A DNA stretch of 40,888 nucleotides from an uncultured Candidatus Saccharibacteria bacterium. Its GTDB lineage: Bacteria > Patescibacteriota > Minisyncoccia > Phycocordibacterales > UBA9973. Below the pieces are notes generated by a model that worked only from the letters and a program-made list of their open reading frames with translations, did no database searches and was not told the DNA's origin. Location: contig CAYNYY010000004.1 in the NCBI GenBank assembly GCA_964401625.1, positions 1 to 40,888 of the forward strand. The letters are read 5' to 3'. Positions 18,935-28,656 of the stretch are shown piece after piece (positions within the stretch are counted from its first letter, which is position 1; every line of letters begins with the position of its first letter). The position numbers were made by a program, and so were the translations under genes.

Positions 18935-19660
18935 ATGGCTAAATTACCAAAATTACTTCAAGAATTAAAAAGAAAAGCAAATCCTCAATTAGCATTAGGT
19001 TCTTTAAGATTTATTAAAACGGGTAAGGGACAATATGGAGAAAAAAATAAATTTTTAGGAATCAGAGTATCGGATCTTCGTTTAATAGCTAAAAAATACG
19101 GGAACCTTAGTTTACTTGAAATTGATAAACTTTTAAAAAACAAATATGATGAAATTAAATTTGTTGCTCTTTTGATTTTGATTCATCAATATAATAATAA
19201 ATTAACCTCAAAATTTAATTCTGATAATCAAAAACTATATCGTTTTTATTTAAATCATACTAATTATATTAATAGCTGGGGGTTGGTAGATATATCTGCT
19301 CATTGCATAGTAGGAGATTATTTACTAAATAAAGATAAAAGAATTCTAGAAAAATTAGCTAAATCTAAAAATCTCTGGGAGCGAAGAATTGCCATTGTTT
19401 CAACTTTTGCTTTTATAAATAATGGAGAGTTTATTTGGACGTTTAAAATTGTTAAAATACTTCTAAATGACCAAGAAGACCTTATACACAAAGCTTGTGG
19501 TTGGATGCTTAGAGAAGTAGGTAAAAAGGTTTCTCAAGCGAGATTAGAGACATTTTTGGACGTTTATTCTACTAAAATGCCAAGAACTATGCTTCGTTAT
19601 TCTATTGAACGTTTTTCTAAAATAAAACGAAAATATTACTTAACTAAAAAGAGAAATTAA
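18935..19660 (+). CDS. DNA alkylation repair protein (AlkD-like HEAT-repeat family)
   Basis: The length and the pattern FLGIRVSDLRLIAKKY .. W.RRIAIV .. ACGWMLREVGK resemble the DNA_alkylation family. Confidence 0.7.
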   Translation: MAKLPKLLQELKRKANPQLALGSLRFIKTGKGQYGEKNKFLGIRVSDLRLIAKKYGNLSLLEIDKLLKNKYDEIKFVALLILIHQYNNKLTSKFNSDNQKLYRFYLNHTNYINSWGLVDISAHCIVGDYLLNKDKRILEKLAKSKNLWERRIAIVSTFAFINNGEFIWTFKIVKILLNDQEDLIHKACGWMLREVGKKVSQARLETFLDVYSTKMPRTMLRYSIERFSKIKRKYYLTKKRN

Positions 19661-19796
19661 AATTTAGAAAATATTGATATCCTAGCTAGATTAATTTGTA
19701 ATAAATACTATTATTGATGTATAATACTAAATGTAATTAGAAATAAAGTTTCTGATAGAATAATATTATTAAAAGATAATTTTAAATAAAAAAAAT

Positions 19797-20603
19797 ATGG
19801 AGAATAAAAACATTGGATCAAAAACATTTATAATTGCTACAATTGGTCCTGCTTGTAATACTAAAGAAATATTAACTGAGTTAATCAAGAGCCATATGAA
19901 TATGATACGATTTAATTTTTCGTGGGGAAATTATGAAGAATATGCTCGTTATATAAAGTTAGTTAGAGAAATATCTAAAAATCTAAATATTGAAGTAAAG
20001 GTTATTCAAGATTTATCTGGCCCTAGAGTTCAAACTGGCAGTGAACATCATTTCGGTGGAAATGAAGAAATAATTACTAAAAAAGATATCGAGGATTTAA
20101 AATTTGGAGTTGAACATAATTTCGATTATATTGCTATGTCTTTTGTTGGTAAGGGAAGTGATATTGTTGAGTTGAGAAATTTAATTAAAAAATTTGGTGG
20201 AAATCAAAAAATTATAGCTAAAGTTGAAAGAAAAGAAGCTGTAGATAATATTGACTCAATTATAAAAGAAAGTGATATGATTATGGTCGCTAGGGGAGAC
20301 TTAGGTAATGAGTTTCCTTTGGAAGAAATTCCATTTGTTCAACATCAAATCATAAAAAAATCAATAGCAGCAGGGAAGACTGTCATTGTAGCGACTCAAA
20401 TGTTAGAATCAATGGTAGATAATGAAATCCCTACAAGAGCTGAAGTTTCAGATGTAGCCTATGCCATTTTAGATGGAGCTGATGGTGTAATGCTTTCAGA
20501 AGAATCAGCTCGTGGTAGATTTCCAGTTAAAGCGGTTAAAATGATGGAAAAGATTGCTCTTGTTGCTGAAAAAAATGAGGATAGACACATAGTTATAGGA
20601 TAA
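19797..20603 (+). CDS. pyk: Pyruvate kinase-like protein, A (barrel) domain only
   Basis: [62 protein letters not shown] and DGVMLS blocks are present. The ~100-aa B (lid) domain and the C-terminal domain are absent (268 aa total). Confidence 0.8.
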   Translation: MENKNIGSKTFIIATIGPACNTKEILTELIKSHMNMIRFNFSWGNYEEYARYIKLVREISKNLNIEVKVIQDLSGPRVQTGSEHHFGGNEEIITKKDIEDLKFGVEHNFDYIAMSFVGKGSDIVELRNLIKKFGGNQKIIAKVERKEAVDNIDSIIKESDMIMVARGDLGNEFPLEEIPFVQHQIIKKSIAAGKTVIVATQMLESMVDNEIPTRAEVSDVAYAILDGADGVMLSEESARGRFPVKAVKMMEKIALVAEKNEDRHIVIG

Positions 20604-20638
20604 ATTTATTAATAGAAAAATAATTTAAATCAATTTTT

Positions 20639-21538
20639 ATGAAAATATCAATTATTGGGGCCGGGTCTGTTGGAGCAACTACTGCTTATACGCTTATGTT
20701 AAAAAACTTAGCTTCTAATATAACTCTTATAGATATAAATAAGAAAAAGCAAGAGGGTGAAATTAGAGATATTAGAGATGGGCTATCTTTCTCTGAAACT
20801 AATAATATCTATGGCGGTGATTTCAAAGATGCAAAAGACTCGGATATTATAGTTTTAACAGCCGGAGTAGCACAAAAGCCAGGCGAGACCAGATTAGCTT
20901 TAGCTGAAGAAAATAAAAAAATAGTTACTTCAATTTTTAAGGAAATCGGAGAAATTAAATCAACTTGTATAGTAATAATAGTTAGTAATCCAGTAGATGT
21001 AATTACTTATCTTGTCCAAGAGATATCGGGATTGCCTCGCAATCAGGTCTTTGGGACTGGAACTTCTTTAGATACTGCTAGATTACGGTCTAACTTGGCA
21101 AAACGTTTTAATTTGGACAGTCAACAAATAGAAGGATTTCTCTTGGGAGAGCATGGGGATTCCGAATTTGTGGCTTGGAGCACCGTTAATATAGAAGGAA
21201 AACCTGTTTCTAATTTACTAAAGAAAGAAGAAATGGATACTATTGAAAGTGAAATTAAGAACGAAGCTTATGAAATAATTAAGAGAAAAGGAGCAACTTT
21301 TTATGGAATTGCCACAGTGGTAACCGATATTGTTGAAGCCATAGTGTTTAATCAAAATAAAATTTTACCTGTTTCTTTTAGAATAAATGAGCCAGATTTT
21401 GATATTCCTGATGTCTGTTTAGGTAATCCTAATCTTATAGGTAGTAACGGAATAATGAAATCTTGGCCGATAAATCTAGTTGATGAAGAAAAAGATAAAC
21501 TTAAAAAATCAGCTGAGATAATAAAAAACTATTTATAA
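20639..21538 (+). CDS. ldh: L-lactate dehydrogenase
   Basis: IIGAGSVG Rossmann motif. AGVAQKPGETRL has Gln at the LDH/MDH discriminating position. GEHGDSEF is present. Confidence 0.88.
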   Translation: MKISIIGAGSVGATTAYTLMLKNLASNITLIDINKKKQEGEIRDIRDGLSFSETNNIYGGDFKDAKDSDIIVLTAGVAQKPGETRLALAEENKKIVTSIFKEIGEIKSTCIVIIVSNPVDVITYLVQEISGLPRNQVFGTGTSLDTARLRSNLAKRFNLDSQQIEGFLLGEHGDSEFVAWSTVNIEGKPVSNLLKKEEMDTIESEIKNEAYEIIKRKGATFYGIATVVTDIVEAIVFNQNKILPVSFRINEPDFDIPDVCLGNPNLIGSNGIMKSWPINLVDEEKDKLKKSAEIIKNYL

Positions 21539-21656
21539 AGATTCGTCATTATTTATGTTGTTTTATTTGATTTAATGTCGTAAAAGATATATTGTGCGAC
21601 ATTGTTATATGAAAAATGGTATCTCCCTATTATGGAATATCTCTTAATAATTCAGT

Positions 21657-22589
21657 CTATTTAAGATAGAAATGCATGCAAGAATTAAAAGATTCAACCT
21701 GTTTGTTGTATTGATCTATATCTTTTTTGGTATTTATAATTAACTGATTATAAACTAAAGCTAACGAATTGTATTTTTTAATTTGTTCGTTTATCGTCAA
21801 ACCCTCATAAACTACTTCTTCACTTATTTTTTTCAAACGAATAGAGAAATTGTTTTTCATTGTTTTAATTTCCTGTTCATTAGTAGCTACAATTCCTCCA
21901 AGAATTTTATTTATGGTTGGACAAACATTTCTAGGTAAGCCAAAATGTTGGACTGCTATCCAAACATTTTCTCCTTTATAAAAACCCTTACCAACAGCAA
22001 CGCCAGTTTCAGAATAATTTTTATTCAAGATATTGGCCCGATGCTCAGGACTCGCCATCCAGGCATCAACTAAAGTTTTATCGTCTTTAAAATTTCCTAA
22101 AGCTAGGTTCTCTCCAATAATAATATATCCATAAGATACTTGTCTAACCAAATTAACTACACCTATACCAGTAGGAGAAATATGTTGAAAATATTGTTTC
22201 GTAAACATATCTTTTAATTTTTCTTCTGCAGTAAAATCTAATTTTGGGTTTTCTTTTAATGGATTGAGTCCCCCATCCTCTTTTCTAAAATGATTGGTCA
22301 AATCAATGATATCTTTAGATGATAAATTAGTATTATTAAATGATAAAGAATGATGCTGAACATTCAAAATTCCTGGCTCTATAACCTTCGGAGTTAGGTT
22401 TGTTATTTTAAGTAAATTTTTATTTTTATTAGCTCTACTATAATCTTGTTGGTTATAATTATATAAAGATAAGAAAATTCTATTTCCTAAATATTCAACA
22501 CTTTTATTATAAATATGAAAAAATTGATTCAGATAAAAAAACAAAAAAACAAAAACAATAATTATTAATATTTTGTAAATTTTTTTCAT
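21657..22589 (-). CDS. Membrane-anchored CAP/SCP-domain protein (YkwD-like)
   Basis: N-terminal TM helix. The central GENLALG .. VDAWMASPEHRANILNKNYSETGVAV is typical of the CAP superfamily. Confidence 0.8.
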   Translation of the reverse strand: MKKIYKILIIIVFVFLFFYLNQFFHIYNKSVEYLGNRIFLSLYNYNQQDYSRANKNKNLLKITNLTPKVIEPGILNVQHHSLSFNNTNLSSKDIIDLTNHFRKEDGGLNPLKENPKLDFTAEEKLKDMFTKQYFQHISPTGIGVVNLVRQVSYGYIIIGENLALGNFKDDKTLVDAWMASPEHRANILNKNYSETGVAVGKGFYKGENVWIAVQHFGLPRNVCPTINKILGGIVATNEQEIKTMKNNFSIRLKKISEEVVYEGLTINEQIKKYNSLALVYNQLIINTKKDIDQYNKQVESFNSCMHFYLK

Positions 22590-22595
22590 AAATCA

Positions 22596-22952
22596 TTAAC
22601 AAGACGATGATTGCTTATACCCGGCTTCTAAGGCATCTCTTACAGAACCAAACCAGATTATATTTTTTGTTAAAATTTTTTTAGTACTTGAACATTCAAT
22701 CCTATAAAATAGTTTACCATTTTTTGAAGCTATATATTCTTTCCTTTTCATATTTTTGTTTGGAACTGACTGAACTTCCCTATCAGTGATAATAATATTA
22801 GAATCTTTGTTTGAGTTATTAGTGATAATAGATAATTGACCCAATCCGAAAGCAGATAACCCCACCATTATTACAGTTAATAAACACACAATAGTATGTC
22901 TGTTAATAGTAAAATTATCCTTGATTTTATTATAAAAATTGTTTATACTCAT
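22596..22952 (-). CDS. Membrane-anchored small protein with Ada-Zn-binding-like C-terminal motif
   Basis: TM helix plus a C-terminal YIASKNGKLFYRIEC..IIWFGSVRDALEAGYK..C. This resembles the YHxxxC..F.S..EA..AGYRPC pattern but has fewer Cys residues. The function is uncertain. Confidence 0.6.
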   Translation of the reverse strand: MSINNFYNKIKDNFTINRHTIVCLLTVIMVGLSAFGLGQLSIITNNSNKDSNIIITDREVQSVPNKNMKRKEYIASKNGKLFYRIECSSTKKILTKNIIWFGSVRDALEAGYKQSSSC

Positions 22953-23022
22953 ACAAGTTTAATTATAAATCATTTGTAAGCAGTTTGTATATAGCTAGTT
23001 GTTTACTCAAATTTAAAATAAA

Positions 23023-23295
23023 ATGGCACATAAAAAAGCGGCAGGTTCAGCCAAAAATTTAACAGATTCAAATCCTAAATATTTAGGTACTAAACTTTAT
23101 GGTGGCCAAAAAGCAAAAGTTGGATCTATTATAGTAAGACAGAGAGGAACTAAAATTCTGCCAGGAAACAATGTTGGATTAGGTAAAGATCACACTCTCT
23201 TTGCCTTAAAAGAAGGAGTCGTTAAATTCAGTTCTAAAAGAAAAATAAGTTTTGATAGATCTTCTTCTGTCAAAAAAGTAGTAAATATTATCTGA
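23023..23295 (+). CDS. rpmA: Ribosomal protein L27
   Basis: MAHKKAAGS .. [28 protein letters not shown]. The gene ends in TGA, showing that TGA acts as a stop codon here. Confidence 0.95.
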   Translation: MAHKKAAGSAKNLTDSNPKYLGTKLYGGQKAKVGSIIVRQRGTKILPGNNVGLGKDHTLFALKEGVVKFSSKRKISFDRSSSVKKVVNII

Positions 23296-23310
23296 TAATA
23301 GAGAATGAAG

Positions 23311-23351
23311 AATAAGAAGACCTACAAATTAAATTTGTAGGTCTTCTTATT
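23311..23351. terminator. Bidirectional terminator between rpmA and rplI
   Basis: AATAAGAAGACCTACAAATT-A-AATTTGTAGGTCTTCTTATT has perfect 20-bp arms and overlaps the rplI stop codon. Confidence 0.8.
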
Positions 23352-23793
23352 ACTTAGTTGCTATTATTTCTATTTTAAACTTCCCTTCAAAATCACCCTT
23401 TTTAAGAACAATCAAATAATCTCCAATTTCTTTTATATTTTCCATAACAAGAGTTTTTTCATCGAGATCAAAATTAGTTATTTCTTTTACCTTTTCTGCT
23501 ACATCATGAGCTGTTACAGACTTGAAAAGATGCCCTTTTTCATTAGACTTAACTTTAATGAGAATTTTTTTATCTGACAATTTTTCTACTAAACTAGATA
23601 AAGTTTCTATACCTTCAACTCTTTTTTTATCCATCATATCAATTTTGCTTTTCAAATTAGATAATGCTTTTGTTGTAGCTAATACGGCTAAACCTCGACT
23701 AATTAAAACGTTTTGAGCAAATCCATCTTTAAACTCTTTGACATCATATTTATTTCCTACTTTTGGAACATCTGTAAGTAAAATAACTTTCAT
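23350..23793 (-). CDS. rplI: Ribosomal protein L9
   Basis: MKVILLTDVPKVGNKYDVKEFKDGFAQNVLI, an N-terminal L9 signature. Confidence 0.93.
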   Translation of the reverse strand: MKVILLTDVPKVGNKYDVKEFKDGFAQNVLISRGLAVLATTKALSNLKSKIDMMDKKRVEGIETLSSLVEKLSDKKILIKVKSNEKGHLFKSVTAHDVAEKVKEITNFDLDEKTLVMENIKEIGDYLIVLKKGDFEGKFKIEIIATK

Positions 23794-23802
23794 ATATAAT
23801 TT

Positions 23803-25038
23803 TTATTTTTTAGCTTCTAATATTTCGACTGCTTTTTGTAATTGTGGATCAATTCCATCTTTAAAATCTTTTTTAGTGAATGGAACCACAAAATTTGGGG
23901 TTAATCCATGTTTTGATATTGAAGTACCATTAGGGGTTAACCAATGAGCAATTGTAACTTTAAGTGATGTATTATTTGTTATCTTAATCAATTCTTGGAC
24001 TGAACCCTTGCCAAAAGTTTGTTCCCCAACAAGAGGTGCAATTTTATGTTCTTGTAGAGCACCTGCCAAAATCTCAGAGGCTGAAGCAGAACCACCATCA
24101 ACTAGGACCACAAATGAATATTTGCTATTAAACATTTTTGGTCCATGGCTACGATAAACTTTCGGTTTAATATTTTTATTCCCAAAATTTTCACTAACAA
24201 TAATTTTTCCAGGATTTAGAAATAAAGAAGCTATATTAACCGCAGAATCAAGATAACCACCTGGATTACCACGTAAATCAATTATTAATTTATGTGAACC
24301 AGATTTTAGAAATTCATTAACGGCTTTTTTAAATAGAATATCTGAATTTTCAGAGAAAGTATAAAAACTAATAACAAAAATATTATCTTTTCGTAGTTTA
24401 GTGTTGAGTACGGGAACATTAATTTTAGCTCTTGTAATACGAATATTCCTAGTTTTATTTTCTCCACCACGGAAAATTGTTAAAGTAACTACTGTTCCGA
24501 TCTTTCCTCGGATTAAACTAATTGCTTTATCAATATTCATATTGTTTGTGGTAATATTGTTTATTTTTATTATTTTATCGCCAGCCTTCAACCCAGCATT
24601 CCAGGCTGGAGTATTTTTGAGTGGAGCAATAATCGTTAAAATCTTATCCTTCATTCCTATTTCTGCTCCAATTCCACTAAAGGAACTGTGAATTTCTTCA
24701 TTAAATATCTTGTTTTCCTTAGGTGATAAAAAGACCGTATAAGGATCTCCAAATGAAGAAGCCAAGCCTTCAGTTGCTCCCCAAACACGATCTTGATTTG
24801 ATTCGTCTTTATTATAAATAGATTTTTCATTTAGAATATTCCAAACTTTCCAAAATGGATTAAAATTAGCATCTATTTTAGAAGCTGGTTTTTTATTAGT
24901 AACTGAGAATATTTTATTAACTTCTGGTTGATGATGATAACCAGAATAAAATCCAAAACCAAATACTCCCAATAAAAGTATTATGGAAATAAAGATCTTT
25001 AAGGCTATTTCTCTTTTTTGCTTAGGTATGTGTATCAT
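23803..25038 (-). CDS. ctpA: Carboxyl-terminal processing protease (S41 family)
   Basis: N-terminal TM helix, a PDZ region (PAWNAGLKAGDKIIKIN), IIDLRGNPGGYL and VLVDGGSASASEILAGAL. Confidence 0.9.
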   Translation of the reverse strand: MIHIPKQKREIALKIFISIILLLGVFGFGFYSGYHHQPEVNKIFSVTNKKPASKIDANFNPFWKVWNILNEKSIYNKDESNQDRVWGATEGLASSFGDPYTVFLSPKENKIFNEEIHSSFSGIGAEIGMKDKILTIIAPLKNTPAWNAGLKAGDKIIKINNITTNNMNIDKAISLIRGKIGTVVTLTIFRGGENKTRNIRITRAKINVPVLNTKLRKDNIFVISFYTFSENSDILFKKAVNEFLKSGSHKLIIDLRGNPGGYLDSAVNIASLFLNPGKIIVSENFGNKNIKPKVYRSHGPKMFNSKYSFVVLVDGGSASASEILAGALQEHKIAPLVGEQTFGKGSVQELIKITNNTSLKVTIAHWLTPNGTSISKHGLTPNFVVPFTKKDFKDGIDPQLQKAVEILEAKK

Positions 25039-25057
25039 TTAAGTTATTATCTCAAAA

Positions 25058-26266
25058 TTAAATATTATTTTCAAGTTTTAAAGCTCCTGTATTATATTTA
25101 TTTGCTGGATTCCATAACATCCAAGATGAAAGTCCTAAATCATAAACAGCTTTCATCTCAGATTGAACCATCTTTTTTGTATAAACTGTTCTTAAACTAA
25201 AATCTTGAAGCCATGGCCTTATTTTATTTATATTTTCTTTTGCCTTTTTTGTTTTATTAATGGCATTCACAAGAGATTCATGTACTATCTCATATGGATA
25301 TTCTGCTGGATTTTTATAGCCTAGATATCCGAGAGAATAATGTGAAGGATAAAGCATAGGAGAGATGAAATTAAAATAAGGTAATGTTTTATCCCAAACT
25401 TGACCTATTCCCATATCATCTGTTACTGAGGTTGTTAATCCGAAAAGATCTGCTGAAATAGGAAGATCAGCATCTTTTTTTATATTAGTTGAAATATATT
25501 TAAAGAAATTTTCAATATTATCTGATCTTGTTTGTCCAGGAGCTAATTCATAATTTATATTACTTATATCTCCATCTGATGGATATCTAATATAATCAAA
25601 ATTAATTTCATCAAAACCATCTTTAAATGAAGCTAGAGCAATGTCTAAAATGTATTTATATACATCCTTATTGGTCGGATTGAGAAAAGCTAAACCTTCT
25701 TTATTTTTCCAAACTTTCCCATCACTTTTTTTAGTAAGAGCCCATTCAGGCTTTAAATTGGCTAAATATGGATCTTGAAAAACAACAATACGACCTATCA
25801 CATAAATGTTCTTTTTATGTAGTGAATTTATTAATGCACGAATATTAGGAATTCTTTTTTGTATTGATCCTATTTTTTTAATTTCTTTATTATTAATATT
25901 AAATCCGATACGTCCTGTTGAATCTTTTATATCTATAACCACTGCATTAAGCTCTGTATTATCTACCAATTTAATTATTGGATCCATAATTTTCTTTGAT
26001 CCAGCTACCCAATTTGTTACATAAATAGCTCTTACTACAGTTGGCGTTTTTATATGAGTTACTGGAATTACAATCGGAGTGACAACTTTCTTAATATCTT
26101 TTTTTATTATTTTCTTACTATTCAATAAATTAGTAACAACCATTGAATTATTATCATATTCTATATTATTTGAAATCAATTTAGGCAATAAATAAATACT
26201 AACTCCAGATAATAAGAAAATAAGAACAATCAAGAGAATCCTAATTGTTCTTATTTTATGTTTCAT
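25058..26266 (-). CDS. Putative glycoside hydrolase-like TIM-barrel protein (DUF4015 type)
   Basis: N-terminal TM helix, then RAIYVTNW, VVIDIKDSTGRIGF and FDEINFDYIRYP, characteristic of this family. Confidence 0.75.
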   Translation of the reverse strand: MKHKIRTIRILLIVLIFLLSGVSIYLLPKLISNNIEYDNNSMVVTNLLNSKKIIKKDIKKVVTPIVIPVTHIKTPTVVRAIYVTNWVAGSKKIMDPIIKLVDNTELNAVVIDIKDSTGRIGFNINNKEIKKIGSIQKRIPNIRALINSLHKKNIYVIGRIVVFQDPYLANLKPEWALTKKSDGKVWKNKEGLAFLNPTNKDVYKYILDIALASFKDGFDEINFDYIRYPSDGDISNINYELAPGQTRSDNIENFFKYISTNIKKDADLPISADLFGLTTSVTDDMGIGQVWDKTLPYFNFISPMLYPSHYSLGYLGYKNPAEYPYEIVHESLVNAINKTKKAKENINKIRPWLQDFSLRTVYTKKMVQSEMKAVYDLGLSSWMLWNPANKYNTGALKLENNI

Positions 26267-26268
26267 TT

Positions 26269-26502
26269 TTATTTTTCATCGCTGATATTATCAATAAATG
26301 TTTTAGTTTCAATGCTATTCTTAGCTAAACGATCTTTAACTTCTACATAAAATAGATAGGCAAGGTACATAATAATAATACCTATTATCATATACATAAC
26401 TGTTTTCCAACTATTAGGAAAACCTAAAAATGGTAAAATTAAAATAAATAGACCTATAAAAAATAATGCTTTTTCTTTTCTCATCTGACCATTATAACTC
26501 AT
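26269..26502 (-). CDS. Small two-TM membrane protein, unknown function
   Basis: 77-aa ORF tightly packed between rsmI and the DUF4015 gene, with two hydrophobic helices. Confidence 0.6.
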   Translation of the reverse strand: MSYNGQMRKEKALFFIGLFILILPFLGFPNSWKTVMYMIIGIIIMYLAYLFYVEVKDRLAKNSIETKTFIDNISDEK

Positions 26503-27186
26503 TTATTCAGGCTCTACAATAACAACAAACTCTCCTCTCTGTTTATCTGTATTTTGATTAAAGTATTCTAAAATTTCTTTTGGAGTTCCTTGAATAAATT
26601 GCTCAAATTGTTTTGTAATTTCTCGACCAATCATAATATTAAAATCTGGTGAATATTCATCTAAAGAAATTAAAGTTTTTAAAATACGATGAGTAGATTC
26701 ATAAAAAACAATTATTCTTTTTGAATTAGCAATCTTTTTAAAAATTGTTTCCCTACCTTTCTTGTGTGGTAAAAAACCCATAAAAATAAATTCCGAAGAA
26801 GATATTCCACTAACAGAAAGAGCTGAGATTAGAGCGCTTGGACCTGGAATTGGAATAATCAAGGCTTTATCTCCTAATTCTTTCCGGATATTAGAAACAA
26901 GAAGAACTCCAGGGTCAGAAATACAAGGAGTCCCTGCATCAGAAACTAAAGCAAGGTTCTCTCCTCCTTTGAGCATATTAATGATAGACCTTTCTTTAGA
27001 TTCGGAACTATGAGCATGATAACTAATAGTTTTTGTTTTTATTCCATATTTATCTAAAAGTTTTTTGGTGGTTCTAGTATCTTCACATAAAATATAATCA
27101 ACTTCTTTTAGAATACGAAGCGCTCGAAGTGTTATATCTTCTAGATTTCCTATCGGTGTTGCTACTACATATAAATTTCCAATCAT
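26503..27186 (-). CDS. rsmI: 16S rRNA (cytidine1402-2'-O)-methyltransferase
   Basis: LYVVATPIGNLEDITLRALRILKEVDYILCEDTR and SDAGTPCISDPG. Confidence 0.92.
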   Translation of the reverse strand: MIGNLYVVATPIGNLEDITLRALRILKEVDYILCEDTRTTKKLLDKYGIKTKTISYHAHSSESKERSIINMLKGGENLALVSDAGTPCISDPGVLLVSNIRKELGDKALIIPIPGPSALISALSVSGISSSEFIFMGFLPHKKGRETIFKKIANSKRIIVFYESTHRILKTLISLDEYSPDFNIMIGREITKQFEQFIQGTPKEILEYFNQNTDKQRGEFVVIVEPE

Positions 27187-27285
27187 AAATAAATTATAAC
27201 ATAAAAAATAAGCTTACTACATCATATAATGGAAGATTTTGAACCTCTATATTTTTAGTATCTTTAATGTATTTTAAAAAAGTTT

Positions 27286-27852
27286 CTATTTAAATATTTC
27301 TTTCATAAGAAGGCTAAAACCTTTTTTACTTTTCGAAGAAAACGGAATAAGTGGATAATTAGAAATAATTTTTTCTATTTCCTTTAATTTATGATGATAT
27401 TCTGATTGATTCATTTTATCTATCTTATTAGCTACAATAATAAAATCTTTATGATGATTCTCAAGTTCTTTCAACATTGATAAATCAGCTTCAGTAAAAC
27501 CAATATTCGCATCAATGATAAATACTACTTTTTTTTGTTTATAATTAGAATCAAAAAGATACATTTCTATTAATTCATTTATTCTTTCACGATTTAAAAT
27601 TGATGTCCGAGCAAAGCCATAACCAGGAAGATCAACTAGATAAAAAGAATTATTTATCAAAAAAATGTTAATTTCCTGTGTTCTTCCAGGAGATGAGCTC
27701 GTTCGAGCTATTTTACTATTTGTAATGAAATTTATGAGAGTTGATTTTCCACTATTTGAACGCCCAATAAAAGCAATTTGTGACATATCGCTCTTCAATA
27801 ATGAATCTTCTTTTACTATACCTTTTATAAATTTACTAGATATTATTTTCAT
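27286..27852 (-). CDS. engB: Ribosome biogenesis GTPase YihA/YsxC
   Basis: G1 GRSNSGKST, the G2 region PGRTQ, G3 DLPGYG and G4 NKID. Confidence 0.92.
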   Translation of the reverse strand: MKIISSKFIKGIVKEDSLLKSDMSQIAFIGRSNSGKSTLINFITNSKIARTSSSPGRTQEINIFLINNSFYLVDLPGYGFARTSILNRERINELIEMYLFDSNYKQKKVVFIIDANIGFTEADLSMLKELENHHKDFIIVANKIDKMNQSEYHHKLKEIEKIISNYPLIPFSSKSKKGFSLLMKEIFK

Positions 27853-27864
27853 TAGTCAGGGGAG

Positions 27865-28140
27865 TTATTCGTTTTTATCTTTTAAATCTGCACTCTGGAT
27901 AGGGCTCTGTATTTGAGGCGGAGTCATATCTATTTTGCCATATTGGCTTTCATAATTACTTACCTGTTCATTCATCCAGCTAGCTATACTTTTCATCGTT
28001 TGAGGAGTTGAAGCAAAGGAATCAAGATTATTTCCCGAAGTTAAAGCAAAAGAAAAAAATTCTTTACCATAAGCCCCGATAGCACCATCACAAAACTTTT
28101 TTGGCAACTGATTCATATCTACTTTTGTTGGATCTATCAT
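27865..28140 (-). CDS. DUF3467-like small protein
   Basis: 91 aa. The C-terminal TMKSIASWMNEQVSNYESQYGKI resembles the conserved DUF3467 helix ending in ..Y...FG.I. Confidence 0.6.
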   Translation of the reverse strand: MIDPTKVDMNQLPKKFCDGAIGAYGKEFFSFALTSGNNLDSFASTPQTMKSIASWMNEQVSNYESQYGKIDMTPPQIQSPIQSADLKDKNE

Positions 28141-28263
28141 ATTTTTATTTTTTATTTAACTAATATAAATTAAGTATAGCATAGAATAGATTTATGTTTC
28201 CTAAATTTATTTACTTGTAAATAGTCTTATATTTTGATACTTTAAAAGAGTGTTTCATAGCTA

Positions 28264-28308
28264 GGCCCTATCGTCCCTGCCTACCGGCAGGTAGGTAATG
28301 GTTAGGAC
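28264..28308 (+). pseudogene. tRNA-Glu 5'-half copy interrupted by a 20-nt GC-rich palindrome
   Basis: GGCCCTATCGTC (28264-28275) and TAATGGTTAGGAC (28296-28308) are identical to positions 1-25 of the intact tRNA-Glu 88 nt downstream. They are split by CCTGCCTACCGGCAGGTAGG. No anticodon arm, T arm or 3' acceptor strand follows. Confidence 0.7.
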
Positions 28309-28351
28309 ATCGGTTTTTGAAAAGCTAAGAATTAAGTTAAAATCAAATATT

Positions 28352-28423
28352 GGCCCTATCGTCTAATGGTTAGGACGTATCCTTCTCAAGGATAAAACCA
28401 GAGTCCGATTCTCTGTAGGGTCA
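28352..28423 (+). tRNA. tRNA-Glu (anticodon CUC)
   Basis: GGCCCTA..GTC-TAATGGTTA-GGAC..TATCC-TTCTCAA-GGATA..CAGAG-TCCGATT-CTCTG-TAGGGTC-A. The cloverleaf has one G-U pair in the acceptor stem, and the T loop is slightly atypical (TCCGATT). Confidence 0.85.
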
Positions 28424-28477
28424 CAAAAGCGCGAATTAAAAAAGACTAGACTTCTCTGGTCTTTTTCGCTTTTGTGA
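28422..28477 (+). terminator. Nested hairpin terminator after tRNA-Glu
   Basis: Outer stem CACAAAAGCG/CGCTTTTGTG. Inner stem AAAAAGACTAGA-CTTC-TCTGGTCTTTTT has a G-U pair that works only on the plus strand, and a T-rich tail follows. Confidence 0.7.
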
Positions 28478-28656
28478 AGGCGCAGGCATAATTTTTCAGA
28501 AGAAAAATAGCCGAGCCGGGGTCAGCAAGTACTTACGTAGAATTTGAGTGTAGCGAAAAATTATACTTAGTAACTTGTGACCACACTATATATTGTGCGC
28601 GTAGCGTTCCAATTTTGTATAAAGAAACGCTTACTTAAATATGCTATAATAAAATT

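Noticed and set aside
23290-23295. An alternative genetic code (UGA recoded), as in some candidate phyla.
   Set aside because: rpmA terminates at a TGA at the expected protein length. All conserved genes are intact under the standard bacterial code, and the release factor present is a normal RF1. Code 11 fits.
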